64,000 nt of DNA from Octopus sinensis (lineage: Eukaryota). The DNA is taken from positions 136,958,001 through 137,022,000 of the forward strand of contig NC_043000.1 in the NCBI RefSeq assembly GCF_006345805.1, read 5' to 3'. This document shows positions 37,262 to 50,899 of the stretch, piece after piece. The position numbers and the translations under genes were made by a program. The notes below the pieces were generated by a model. That model was not told the DNA's origin. It ran no database searches and was given only the letters and a program-made list of their open reading frames with translations. How positions within the stretch are numbered: position 1 is the first letter of the stretch; each line of letters opens with the position of its first letter.

Positions 37262-38582
37262 GTTTACCACTGCGTGGTGTTCTGTGTTGTCTTCCCCCTT
37301 TCTTTTAAACTACATCCATTTGTGCACGTAACCTTTTGTGTATGTCAGACAACTAGCACGTTACCTTCGTCAAAAAACTCAACGATGGCCCTTTGCTTCT
37401 GCTTTAGAATACATTATTTGCTAGCAATGAAGAAAAACAAGAAGAGTTACTCTTCCAACAGCTATAAAAGCAATCCCTACCTTTGCATGCTTTCGATGCA
37501 AAATCTCACAGATTGTAATCTCTCTCCTATGTTGTAATAAATAATTATGTGTGCGCGTGTATGTGGCCTGTTCGTAATCCTATATTTTCTCATATAGCCA
37601 TTTTTTCTTTTGATTGTGAATTAGGCTGCTCTTGTTTAATAGTCGAATTTTTAGATTATTTTCATGGCAAAAATGTATTGTTTCGGTTGTAGAGCAGGAT
37701 TGAACATGCATACTCTTTCACAATTTTATTTATAATGACATTTCATGTGAAATTGTTTTTGTTTTAATTCTTTTCACTTATTCACTCACATTAAATAAAT
37801 CTACCTTTACTTCATATCAACTAAATGAATCTCATTCAAAGTTTCTCTCTGTCACGCAAATTTACTGACTAGTGTCTTAAATTCATTTTCTATCGTCAAC
37901 TTTTAACGCATCTATTATTGTTGTTATCGTCGTTTACAATCGTGCAGAAAAGAAATTAAAATAAAACACCGCTGGCTCTCTTTTTCTTTTATCACTACGA
38001 GAAGAAAAAAGAAAAAAAAGTACAATGCTGCATTAAAATATTTATTTTCTTTTATTTTTCCTAAAGAAGATAACTTTAGAGAAAAACAAATCCTGATATT
38101 TATATAAAATTCTCAAGCTATAGGTAACCTATTTTAAGACATTTCTGAATAAGCTGTTTATTTCCTGTTCGCATCACATCTTAGCAATAAATGGGGTTTC
38201 GGCTATGATGATGATGATAATACAGAAAAAAATTAACAAAAAAACCCCCCCAAAAAACTAGAAAACAAGTAACGATAAATAACACTGAACAGTAACTATG
38301 ATGCCATTATATGTCCACTGGTTTTAAACTTTCATGTCACATCTCTTTCAAAAAGGTCACTATTTGTCAGCCGTTAACCAACATATTATCACACTAGCGA
38401 AAACATTTCTTTTTTAAAAACAATTTCTGTTATTGCTTAATTTCGGGCTGGAATGAGACGAGATAATTGCCTATCCCAAAACAACACGAATATATTATAT
38501 ATGTACATCTGTTTATTTGACGGTACTGGTGGTTCTGAAGATAAAGTTGTTCGAGGCGTATATTGAGTCAATTATATTAGGA

Positions 38583-39473
38583 ATATATAAAACTCTAGTT
38601 GTGTGAGTGTCTGTCTCCTCCGATTTAGATTCCTAACTCCTCCCACATTTTGCGATGCAGTTTAACCAAAAGCGGGTATCTTATAGTCGTGATTCATATC
38701 GAGCCCTTCTGGGTATTAGCGCGCGTCTACGATGAGTCTACGATTTTAAAAATAAGTTAACATCATTTTTTATTCCATTTTAATGCATAATTTTTCGTGT
38801 GTCGATGGCGGCAGAGTTGGCGTCCACGCTCACAGCTACACCTGTTTGCTTCTCCCCCTTCCCTTCCTCGTGAAGCTGTGGGGAAGGGAGTGTAAAGAAA
38901 TCAACGTCGTAAAGCGTTGTCAAGGAGACCAGCGTTCTTTTAGAACAACGACTTCATGGCTTGAAGACACCAAAACAGAAATGGCTAAGAAAGCCCGAAT
39001 TGGCATCTATAAGGGAAGTAACTCTCTAAAAATGCTTATATAGTTATTTCCCTTACAAACCCGAGCAACGCTAGTCTTTATATATAAAAGAGAGGTTGTG
39101 TGTCTGTCTCCTACGATTTAGATTCCTAACTACTCCCACATTTTGCGGTGCAGTTTAACCAAAACCGGGTATCTTATAGACGTGATTCATATCGAGCCCT
39201 TCTGGGTATTAGCGCGCGTCTACGATGAGTCTACGATTTAAAAAAAAATTTACCATCATTTTTTTCCATTTTAATTCATTTTTTCGCTATTATATAAGGG
39301 AAGTAACTCTCTAAAAATGTCTACAATGAGTCAACGATTTAAAAAAAAATTTACCATCATTTTTTTTCCCATTTTTTATGCATTTTTTTGCTACTTTTTG
39401 GCTATAACTCTCTAAAAATGCTTATATAGTTATTTCCCTTACAAACCCGAGCAACGCCGGGCGATATTGCTAG
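38583..39473 (+). mobile_element. Two head-to-tail non-autonomous Helitrons (38583-39074 and 39075-39473)
   Basis: The second copy starts tctttatatataaaag and ends cccgagcaacgccgggcgatattgCTAG|T. The first shares the 5' part and 3' end, has an extra internal segment of about 225 bp, and has a truncated hairpin. Confidence 0.82.
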
Positions 39474-39849
39474 TATTATATATATGTACATCTGTTTATT
39501 TGACGGTACTGGTGGTTCTGAAGATAAAGTTGTTCCAGTCGTATATTGAGTCAATTATATTAGGAAAAATACAACTTGTTGCTTGTATGTCTTTGATTTC
39601 CTGGATTCACTATTCGTATCATTGTAAAGATGAATAAATCTGTTCGCTTCTAATTGAATTCATTTCAATCAATTTTCCGTGGATATCCTATTTGCTTTTG
39701 TTTAGCCAAAGTTCATCCTTGATAGAACATTTAAACCGAAGGAATACCTATCAAAAACCATTCATGACAATCCCATCTTTCTTTTTCGATACAGTGTCAC
39801 TAGGACTAATCTGTATTCAGTGTATACTTTCTTGTTTTTAAAGATAATG

Positions 39850-40711
39850 GGCAATCCATCGTTTTTGGTCTCCGAAAACTAAAACTTTGTTTGGCAAGTT
39901 CTTTATTTCCTTCTTCAGCTTACACACAGACCGCTACATACATACATGCATGCATGAATGCATATATGCATGCATACAAAGATACATAAATACATTTATT
40001 CATTACATACATACATTCATTCATTCATTACATACATACATACATACAAACATACATTCATTACATACATACATACATTCATTCATTCATTCATTACATA
40101 CATACATACAAACATACATTCATTACATACATACATTCATTCATTCATTCATTACATACAAACATACATTCATTACATACATACATACATTCATTCATTC
40201 ATTCATTCATTACATACATTCATTCATTTATTACATACATACATACATACATTCATTACATACATACACTCATTTATTACATACATACATACACTCATTC
40301 ATTCATTACATACATACATGCATACAAACATACATTCATTACATACATACATTCATTCATTACATACAAACATTCATTCATTACATACATACAAACATAC
40401 ATACATTACATACATACGTTCGTTCATTCATTCATTACATACATACGCGATTCGTGAAAAGAAAATATGTATATTTATATATGTATGTGTATCTATAGGT
40501 GTGTGCGAGTGTGTTGACGTGTGTCACTGTTCAAAAGTCGCTCGTTCAAATGAAAGACGACTGTGTGAGAGTTGTGTGTGCGTGCGTGCGGACAACCGTG
40601 TTTTTCATTGTTCAGCTGCAAAAAAATAAACATTGAAGAAATAAAAATTTTATATGTAACTTGCCGAAATAATAGTTTCAGTTTTCGGAGACCAAAAAAC
40701 GATGGATTGCC
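39850..40711. mobile_element. TIR element (unclassified MITE) enclosing a CATA/CATT satellite
   Basis: ggcaatccatcgtttttggtctccgaaaact...ggcaagtt (39850-39900) is inverted at 40659-40711; TG on both sides. Confidence 0.78.
39935..40446. repeat. Compound (CATA)n/(CATT)n satellite
   Basis: Directly visible; source of the His/Ile/Thr/Tyr-rich ORFs. Confidence 0.95.
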
Positions 40712-41150
40712 TGATAATATGTGATATGAGTACGATTTAGCTGCTATTTCTAGCAGGTTGAGCAACTAGTGTTGGTTCGGGTATGATACTTTATTCACCA
40801 TATGGCAGAAGGAAAATCCTCAGAAGATTGGTTGGGGCTCACATGTGTAATTTAGTGTAAAAACTTCGATCAACCGAGATAATCCAGGTAATTAGTTGAC
40901 AAAACTCACTCTGGGATGTTTAAAATCTGAAGAAAAGAAAGCAAAAAGGAAAAAGAAATCAAGCAAGAGATATAATTCCAATATAATCAATGCTGACGCA
41001 TTAAACCAGTCAATATGATCCTGGTATTTCTGTGTACAAACAGATTGCCTAAAAAGGGCAGTTATTTCCTATAAGCCAGTGTGTTTGAATTAGCTAGATT
41101 ACATACAGTGTTAGCTAAAAGCTCAAATTAATACAGAACTTTATATAATA

Positions 41151-41512
41151 TTAGCAGTATCGCCCGGCGTTGCTCGGGTTTGTAAGGGAAATAACTATAT
41201 AGGCATTTTTAGAGAGTTATAGCCAAAAAATAGCAAAAAAATGCATTAAAAATGGAAAAAAAATTATGGTAAATTTTTTTTTAAATCGTTGACTCATCGT
41301 AGACATTTTTAGAGAGTTACTTCCCTTATATAATAGCGAAAAAATGCATTAAAATGGAGAAAAATGATGGTAAATTTTTTTTTAAATCGTAGACTCATCG
41401 TAGACGCGCGCTAATACCCAGAAGGGCTCGATATGAATCACGACTATGTGGGAGTAGTTAGGAATCTAAATCGTAGGAGACAGACACACAACCTTACTTT
41501 TATATATAAAGA
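41151..41512 (-). mobile_element. Non-autonomous Helitron, inverted near-copy of 39075-39473
   Basis: cgcccggcgttgctcgggtttgtaagggaaataac...gacagacacacaacc...tatatataaaga; internal deletion of roughly 40 bp. Confidence 0.85.
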
Positions 41513-41584
41513 TGAGTATTTATGCTTAAATATTTTGAGCTTCGAAGTAACTCGGTCTATTTTGAATATTCCTCTTTGGATCTT

Positions 41585-41985
41585 GTTTTAACTTGTTTCA
41601 GTCATTAGACTGTGGCCATGCTGGGGTACCGTCTTGAAGAATTTTTGCTGAATGAATTGACTCCAGTACTTATCTTTTTTTTTTTAAGCTTAGGACTTAT
41701 TCTATCAGTCTCTTTTGCTGAACCACTAAGTTACAGGGCTATAGAGACACCAACACCGGTTGTTTAGCAGTGGTGGGGGACAAACACAGGCACACACATA
41801 TATATATGATATATATATATGTACGAGGGGCTTCTTTCAGTTTCCATCTATCAAATCTACTGACAAAGCTTTGGTCAGCCCAAGGCTTTAGTAGAAGACA
41901 CTTGCCCAAAGTACCATGCAGGGGGACTGAACCCAGAACCTTGTGGTTGGAAAGTAAACATCTTACCACACAGCACACTGCCTAT
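41585..41985 (-). mobile_element. SINE family B, CpG-decayed
   Basis: gactgtggccatgctg and ttttgctgaaccactaag versus gactgcggcc and ttttgccgaaccgctaag in young copies. Confidence 0.85.
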
Positions 41986-42094
41986 GGAGTGGAAAATTTT
42001 TGAAATATACTGCAAATTTATTTTTACTAACAAAAGTTGATATAATTATAAGCTTCTGGTTTCTAGATATTCTTGACTCTTCATAGTCCCATTT

Positions 42095-42299
42095 ACTCTC
42101 TTTACCCTATTACTTGTTTCAGTCATTTGACTGTGGCCATGCTGGAGCACCGCCTTTAATTGAGCAATTCTTTGTAAGCCCAGTACTTATTCTATCGGTC
42201 TCTTTTGCTGAATCGCTAATGTGACAGGGACATAAACACACCAGCATCGGTTGTCAAGTGATGTTAGGGGGATAAGCACAGACACACAAATATACATGC

Positions 42300-42354
<55 letters not shown>

Positions 42355-42520
42355 TACGACGGGCTTCTTTCAGTTTCTATCTACCAATCCACTCACAAGG
42401 CTTTGGTCAGCCCGAGGCTATAGTAGAAGACACTTGCCCAAGGTGCCACGCAGTGGGACTGAACCCGGAACCATGTAGTTGGTAAGCAAGCTACTTACCA
42501 CACAGCCACTCCTGCACCTA
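42095..42520 (-). mobile_element. SINE family B whose internal (TA)n forms the left breakpoint of the tandem duplication
   Basis: Complete here; only the head-side half is repeated at 43700-43869. Confidence 0.9.
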
Positions 42521-45017
42521 TTTTGGACCCTTTACTTGGTTTCATTATTGGAAATAACACTTTTTCAATTAAACAGTTGTTTCATCATTTAAGCTGCAGT
42601 TTTATATCTTTTTCTTATTTGTTGTTAAGTTTCATGGTTCTTGTGTAGATCTTCATTTGACTTTTTGTAGTTAAATATAAATTATAAAATGTAATTCCTA
42701 TGTGTTACATATATATCTGTATTCTACTACACTTTTTTCACACAACATTTTTTGTAACATATGTAGAGTTTTTCTCCTTACAATACAATTAAAATGTTAG
42801 TTCTTGGTTTCGAGTGATTTAGATAAATTAATGTGAGGATAGTCTACTAGCGCTTACTGTTTACATCTCGCTCGGAGATTTATCATTGCAATGTGAGGAT
42901 AATTATTTAGAAACAAGATTTTACTCTTCTTTACTATGCAGGATCTTGGATAACACTTTCTGTTATAAAATCTTTTGAAATATTACTTGACAATGACAAA
43001 GTAAGGAACCTTTCAGATTTCAGTAATGAAGCACAAAAAAAAAGGGAAATGAAACTGCAAAAGTCACTGGTGTCGGTGAAAGTGTCTAATGCTAATAAAG
43101 TTCGAACATACACAAGTAAAATAAGCAAAGTATTGTGTATACAATAGTAAAAGTAGGGATTCATGTTCTGAACATCGAATGATAAGAAATACAATGCAAG
43201 TAATATGTATTAAGAAATGAAAGTATTAGTATTTCACTTTCTGGAAATTTGAAATGTTTTAATTTTCTTTTTGAAGTTGAAAATATAAAAACAGGCATAA
43301 GCAAAATATACATGGTCACCATTTGAATTGAAACAATGTGAAGTGAGAGTACTCACACTTGCTTTATGTCATTTCTTCTGCCCTTGCACTTTTATTCTCC
43401 TTGCACTTTTATTCTCCTATATTATCTTTTGCTCTTTCACTTTCTCCTCCCTTGTGCAGTTGTGCAGCTTAGACCTTTTCAGTTTGTAGATTAATTTAGA
43501 AACTTAAGTTGTCTCATAATCCAAATTGAATATCCAAGAGTCAAAAAACTAAGCTAAATTGTCTAATTTTGATTGGAATACCTTTTGGTTTTTATCAGTA
43601 GTATAAAATAATTGTCATTTTACTTCAGTTACATGACTCTTGCTTCATGCCTCTCTCATTTATATATATATATATATATTATATATATATATATATACAT
43701 ATATACGACGGGCTTCTTTCAGTTTCTATCTACCAATCCACTCACAAGGCTTTGGTCAGCCCGAGGCTATAGTAGAAGACACTTGCCCAAGGTGCCACGC
43801 AGTGGGACTGAACCCGGAACCATGTAGTTGGTAAGCAAGCTACTTACCACACAGCCACTCCTGCACCTATTTTGGACCCTTTACTTGGTTTCATTATTGG
43901 AAATAACACTTTTTCAATTAAACAGTTGTTTCATCATTTAAGCTGCAGTTTTATATCTTTTTCTTATTTGTTGTTAAGTTTCATGGTTCTTGTGTAGATC
44001 TTCATTTGACTTTTTGTAGTTAAATATAAATTATAAAATGTAATTCCTATGTGTTACATATATATCTGTATTCTACTACACTTTTTTCACACAACATTTT
44101 TTGTAACATATGTAGAGTTTTTCTCCTTACAATACAATTAAAATGTTAGTTCTTGGTTTCGAGTGATTTAGATAAATTAATGTGAGGATAGTCTACTAGC
44201 GCTTACTGTTTACATCTCGCTCGGAGATTTATCATTGCAATGTGAGGATAATTATTTAGAAACAAGATTTTACTCTTCTTTACTATGCAGGATCTTGGAT
44301 AACACTTTCTGTTATAAAATCTTTTGAAATATTACTTGACAATGACAAAGTAAGGAACCTTTCAGATTTCAGTAATGAAGCACAAAAAAAAAGGGAAATG
44401 AAACTGCAAAAGTCACTGGTGTCGGTGAAAGTGTCTAATGCTAATAAAGTTCGAACATACACAAGTAAAATAAGCAAAGTATTGTGTATACAATAGTAAA
44501 AGTAGGGATTCATGTTCTGAACATCGAATGATAAGAAATACAATGCAAGTAATATGTATTAAGAAATGAAAGTATTAGTATTTCACTTTCTGGAAATTTG
44601 AAATGTTTTAATTTTCTTTTTGAAGTTGAAAATATAAAAACAGGCATAAGCAAAATATACATGGTCACCATTTGAATTGAAACAATGTGAAGTGAGAGTA
44701 CTCACACTTGCTTTATGTCATTTCTTCTGCCCTTGCACTTTTATTCTCCTTGCACTTTTATTCTCCTATATTATCTTTTGCTCTTTCACTTTCTCCTCCC
44801 TTGTGCAGTTGTGCAGCTTAGACCTTTTCAGTTTGTAGATTAATTTAGAAACTTAAGTTGTCTCATAATCCAAATTGAATATCCAAGAGTCAAAAAACTA
44901 AGCTAAATTGTCTAATTTTGATTGGAATACCTTTTGGTTTTTATCAGTAGTATAAAATAATTGTCATTTTACTTCAGTTACATGACTCTTGCTTCATGCC
45001 TCTCTCATTTATATATA

Positions 45018-45030
<13 letters not shown>
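42340..45030. repeat. Tandem duplication with 1349-bp period, bounded by (TA)n tracts
   Basis: 42357 matches 43706 and 43661 matches 45010; identical ORFs at 42934 and 44283 in the track; no differences seen outside the TA tracts. Confidence 0.95.
42942..43147 (+). other. Candidate terminal coding exon (duplicated at 44291-44496), product unknown
   Basis: Pyrimidine-rich acceptor ttttactcttctttactatgcag followed by 67 open codons SWITLSVIKSFEILLDNDKVRNLSDFSNEAQKKREMKLQKSLVSVK...VLCIQ*; no recognisable homology. Confidence 0.2.
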
Positions 45031-45086
<56 letters not shown>

Positions 45087-47171
45087 AGTTGATTTTATCG
45101 TATTACTCTATCTGATTAATACTCGCCATGTGAAAACTATCAGTGTTGCATTTTCTAAAAGTTAATACTTGGCTATCTTTCGGCAAACCATATCCAATTT
45201 GAAAGAATTGCATCTTATCAGTACAATGTCAGACTTCAGAGCTTTATGTTCCACTCTCTTTCTTTGCTACATTCCATTGTTTGTTAGCGTGCACGAGGGG
45301 GTGATGGCTATGGAACAAAATCAATAAGATAAATTAGTATTGTACCACGACAAGTAGTGACAACCACTTCCAATTCCAAATAGAAATCAAAATGAAAGCG
45401 TCTGACATCTTCAGCTTGTGTGTTGCTTGTCGAAAACATTTATACACGTTTTAATTTAACTTTACCACATAGCTGGAGCTAAACTAAGCTTCAATTGATT
45501 TGCTGTCGGACAATTTATAACTTCGACACGGTATTCCCAAACTTCCTGATTCCGTGACCTAAAATAGAATGTAAATTTACACGAGATTCCCGCCCAGTCC
45601 TTTCGAAGCTATTCATTATTATATTTTTTCATTAGAATTGGCATGAAAGAAAGAAAGTATATGTCTACTTTCAACGGAAAAATTCCAGCCCCTACTTTAC
45701 ACACACACATAGGACAAACTCTGACATACACATAGAGAAACTCTGAAATATTACAACCTGTCACAAGAATGCAGACGACACTCTCTGAAGATGAACTGCT
45801 ATTGAAGACAGTTTGTTTGAATAGTTTTATTCTTTTTGTTTGAATTTATCTTCTGTGTTCAAAGCAGTAAAGTTTTTGGCCATTCTGTTTAGTTATTTTT
45901 ACGTTTTTGAAAAGCAAGAAGAAACTTGTTTCCTTATCTATTTTTGTGGGATAAATACATCCTTCATGCGACACACACATACACAGATACATACATACAT
46001 ACACACACATACATACAGATAGAGGGAGCGACACACATACACACAGGCATGGCTCTGTGGTTAAGAAATTCCTTTCACGATATTTGTGATTCAAGAGTGG
46101 ACCTTGGTATGGCATCTTGGACAAGGATCTTCTGCTGTAGTCTTGTGGTAATCAATGTTTTGTGAATGAAATTTGGTAGAGGGAAACTATGCAGAAGCAC
46201 ATCATATATGTCAGTATGTGTGGAACAATGTAGCTGCTATTTCTAGGACATATACATACATGAATATGCTATTAGTTGTTATTGTTTAGGCCCAGGTCAG
46301 TGCTGATCCAGCAGATCCAGTATGGAAGGCATTATGTCCATGACTACCCCATAATTTTCAGGCTGCTTAACCCAGGCTCCATTATACAATGTCTTTTAGA
46401 AAATGGTAAGGCATGACATTAGGGATATCTGTATTTTTCTTTAAAAAAGATACAAAATGGTCACAGTTGGAATGCTTTAAAAAAGGATAGGATGGTCATA
46501 TTTGAGGTATTTTTAAAAACGTGATGGTCATGTTTGGAATATTCTTAAAAAGCACTGCATGTTTTCTGCGTGCCTGTTCACACAGATATTCATGCTTCAC
46601 TGGTTATCAAAGGTTATCACCTTTGAACATTTTCTGTTTTTGCTTCTTAACTACCCTAGATATCAATAAAATGAATAAGTACCAAGCATAAAACTAAGAA
46701 TTGGAGTTGTTAGAATCAACTTTACCTTTCATGTCAGTGCCCCAGCATGCTGCAGTCTAATGAAGTAAAAAGTAAAAGAATAAAAAACAATATAGATTCT
46801 TATCTAGTGGTTTAAAAGTACTACTACCGGTTGTCCATATGCTAATTATAAAATTTCCTCTGTGTGTGTTTGTATGTTCACAGGTATATGTGTATTTATA
46901 TATATCTGTACATATATATTATGTGTATGTGTGTATATGTCTGTATGTATGAATTTTGCAAAACAAATGCATGAACATGTATAAATATAAAATTTTATAC
47001 AATATATATATTAAGTAATATCTATATATACTATATATATAGATTATGTAATACCTATCTGTTTGTGTGTTAGTAGTGCAGTATTTGGTGTGCTAACAAG
47101 ACATCCTTATTAAGATTACCTTTTGGTATTACTACTTCCCTCTTTAATAATTAATATTTGTATGTACATAC

Positions 47172-47221
<50 letters not shown>

Positions 47222-48004
47222 CTTTGAGAATTTTTATTTTGAAACATTCTTCTTTGAAGCATTATTAAAAAAGAAATTTCTATATATCTATATATCTTCC
47301 TATATTTTTCTTGTAGAACAGCAATGGATATATCTGAGGTTTAAATCACCTTTGACGTAACTCTAGCAATTACATTTCTTTCATTTTGCTAAACTTGCAA
47401 TAGATCCACATTTTCCTAAGTCTTTTCGTTATAACAACACTGGTTTACATATATTTTTTCTGTTTTCTTTTTTTTTTCTTTTTCAAGTTAAAATATTTTG
47501 AATCTGTGCAGTTGATCATTTCTTAAATTCCATATATTCTAGTAGTAGCTATTTATATAAACTTTGCTTACTACTAATACTAAATTCTTCAGGGCAATAT
47601 ATAAATAGATTTCAAAATATTTCCATATGTTTTTAACCATATGAATATATTTGACTAAAGCATTAAAGTATTCCAATAAATTAGTTGTGCACTGTAATCG
47701 ATCATTAAAAATGATAGTGTACTAACACCTCTAATTAGAATATCTTGATTTTATTTCAATTTGGACATAAAGAAATGGTTGACTGGAACTAGAGGTTATT
47801 AATAAAATAATATCAGATTGGAGCTGTTCATCCGTGGTCATTTTCTTTTCCAAGTGAAATCATTAATTCTATGTAAGAAATTATTTCTAGCCTTGTTCTA
47901 ATCATATAGAGTTAATTCATATGCTCTGTGGTGCATTATTTACTGGTTTGTTCTGATTGTAGTAGATAGAAATGCAACGATAACAATAAATAGAAATATG
48001 CATA

Positions 48005-48240
48005 AAAGTACCATCCGAATGTGGTCGATGCCAGGACCACCTGACTGGCTGCTGTGCCAGTGGCACGTAAAAAGCACTCACTACACTCTTGAAGTGGTTG
48101 GCATTAGGAAGGGTATCCAGCTATAGAAACATTGCCAGAACAGATTGGAGCCTGGTGCAGCCGCTGGCTTTCCAGACCTCAGTCAAATTGTCCAACCCAT
48201 GCCAGCATGGAAAACGGACGTTAAATGATGATGATGATGG
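48005..48240 (+). mobile_element. SINE/LINE 3' tail, family D (ends aacccatgccagcatggaaa-cggacgttaaa-(gat)n)
   Basis: Homologous segments at 49362-49520 (+), 60540-60685 (-) and, decayed, 63050-63150 (+). Confidence 0.75.
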
Positions 48241-48911
48241 ATGTGCATATACAGATGTGTGTGTGTAGTGTGTGTATGTCTGTATATATATGTATATATA
48301 TATATATTTATATGTGTATATGTGTGTGCATATTTGTATGTATATTTACACACATATACATACCAAAGAATTTTCTTCAACATCATTATATTCCCAAGTT
48401 GCTTTCTGGTGGTTTATGTATGCATATTCACATATATAGATGGTGGTAGAAATGGCAGGTTCGGATGAACCCCAAACATCTAATCAGGCCTGGATCAAAC
48501 CTCAAACAATATGTTTTTAGGGTCGCTAGGAAAGAGAGCATCTCAGTGGCAAACTCCCTTTATAATCAAGATGTAAATAATTAAATACTATAGTTGAAAA
48601 TAAAATGCATTGGAAATTTGCATATTTTCTTGTTCCTGTTGTAAGTGAATTATTTGCTCGTATTTACTTACACACACATAGGACAAATTTACTGTTAGAT
48701 AAATAGAAACTTTTAGTAAAGGTTTCATTTTTAATTTGTTATTTCACCAGTAGCATTTAAGTCTTGTTAATGGTGAGGCGGAAGCAAAAAGGTGTACCAG
48801 TGTTAGGCTGTCAGCTGCTTTTAATATGCCACACTCAGACACAGACACACACACACATGTATATATATATATATATATATATATACATACACACACACAC
48901 GTATATATATA

Positions 48912-49705
48912 CTCTCTACTCTTTTACTCTTTTACTTGTTTCAGTCATTTGACTGCGGCCATGCTGGAGCACCGCCTTTAGTCGAGCAACTCGATCCCGG
49001 ACTTATTCTTTGTAAGCCCAGTACTTATTCTATCGGTCTCTTTTGCCGAACCGCTAAATACATATACACACACACACACACACACAAATATATAGGCACA
49101 GATTTGCACATACATAAGTATGTATGTGTGTGTATTCTTTTATTCTTTTACTTGTTTCAGTCATATGACGGTGGCCATGCTGGAACACTGCCTTTAGTAA
49201 AACAAATCGACCCCGGGACTTATTCTTTGTAACCCTAGTACTTATTCTATAGGTCTTTATTGCTGAACTGCTAAGTTATGGAGATGTAAACACACCAACA
49301 TCGGTTGTCAAGTGATGGTGGGTGGGGACAGGCACAGACACAAATATATACATGTATATACACTCTCAGAGTGGTTGGTGTTAGAAAGGGCATTCAGCTG
49401 TAGAAACCTTGCCTGATCGGATTGGAGCCGGGTGCAGCCTTCTAGCTTGCCAGCCCTCAGTCAAACAGTCTAACCCATGCCAGCATGGAAAGCGGACGTT
49501 AAACAACGACGATGATGATATATATATATATATATATATATGCATACGTTGGGCATCTTTCAGTTTCTGTCTACCAAATCCACTCAAGGCTTTCGTCAGC
49601 CTGAGGCTATAATAGAAGACACTTGTCCAAGGTCCCATGCAGTGGGACTGAACCTAATCATGTGGTTGGGAAGCAAGCTTCTTACCACACAGCCATGCCT
49701 GCACC
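48912..49705 (-). mobile_element. Nested SINE cluster: family B tail fragment, then a family B copy interrupted by a family D tail
   Basis: B tails at 48912-49058 and 49135-49360, D insert at 49362-49520, B head at 49545-49705. Confidence 0.8.
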
Positions 49706-50426
49706 TCTGTGTGTCTTTATGATATACTTATGGATATTTTCAGATTTACAAACAAAGGAAATGATTACATGTAATAGGCTTCATTCATTTATTCAAACTT
49801 GTGACACTCTTATTTCCCTATGCAGAGTTTCGCATCTTGTTTTTTTTTTTTCATATTCAAATACAAATTGGTACACGCAGTATGCACATGCAGCATATGT
49901 ATGATGTATCAAAATTAGGGAAGCTTTTCTAAACCTTTTTTTTTTTTTTGCAAACTTTCTTAAAAGTAGCCTTATGATATTTTTTTACTTATTTTGGATT
50001 TAAAAGAACTTCGATGTATTTTTTTTTTCAATGCAAAACAAACTATTTAAAAATATATCTTAGGCAGCAAAAAAAAAAAAAAAAGTAAATCTAAAGGTGT
50101 CGTGATGTACATGTTTTTCAATACCAGATGAGTTATATGCATTTATGTAATATATCAGAGTGTGACATAGTTTTGAAATATATTTCCCATTGCTTTTATA
50201 CATTGTATATAAATATGCATGACTATCCATTGGATTAAATTATCTTATATACATGAAAAGAAGTGCATATGTATGTATGTATGACTGCTTCTGAGTTTGT
50301 GAAGAAAAAGTATACATGTTTTGAGTGGGTGTGTAAAACATATACTCTGGAAGGCATGAATCTTTGTGTAAAATTTGTACTAGAGATTACTTTATATACT
50401 CTCTCTCTATATATATATATATATGA

Positions 50427-50485
<59 letters not shown>

Positions 50486-50863
50486 AGAATATGTCCATTT
50501 TTTTATATATTAGTGTAGCATGATAACACACTTGCATCTGCACTTAGAAATGTAATCATCCAAACTTGTTTGAGAAATGTGTAACATTCTATGTGTGTAG
50601 TGTATCCGTCTACAGTGAATGCTTATCTTTAAATAAAATTATATGTATCTGCACCTTTGTATATGTGTGTATATTTATACCCCCCCCCACACACACACAT
50701 TAATGGAGGTCACAAAAGTGATGGTGGGTGCTGACTAGCACCACTTATGCTAAAATAAGAGTTCAATTAACAAAACGTCCCCAGCATATATAGCCGTATC
50801 GTGACCTCTATTAATTTTGGCATTAGGTTCTAATTGCTAACAAGACCCCCACCTTTAATTTAT

Positions 50864-50899
<36 letters not shown>

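Noticed and set aside
45780-45830. CTGAAGA followed by a gaactg/cagttt stem
   Set aside because: GAAA, stem III and the stem I partner are missing; at most a remnant.
1547-50543. ORFs rich in CV, HT, YI or SL dipeptides (for example 17541-18365, 39887-40629, 32986-33482)
   Set aside because: They are translations of micro- and minisatellites that lack stop codons, open in several frames and on both strands.
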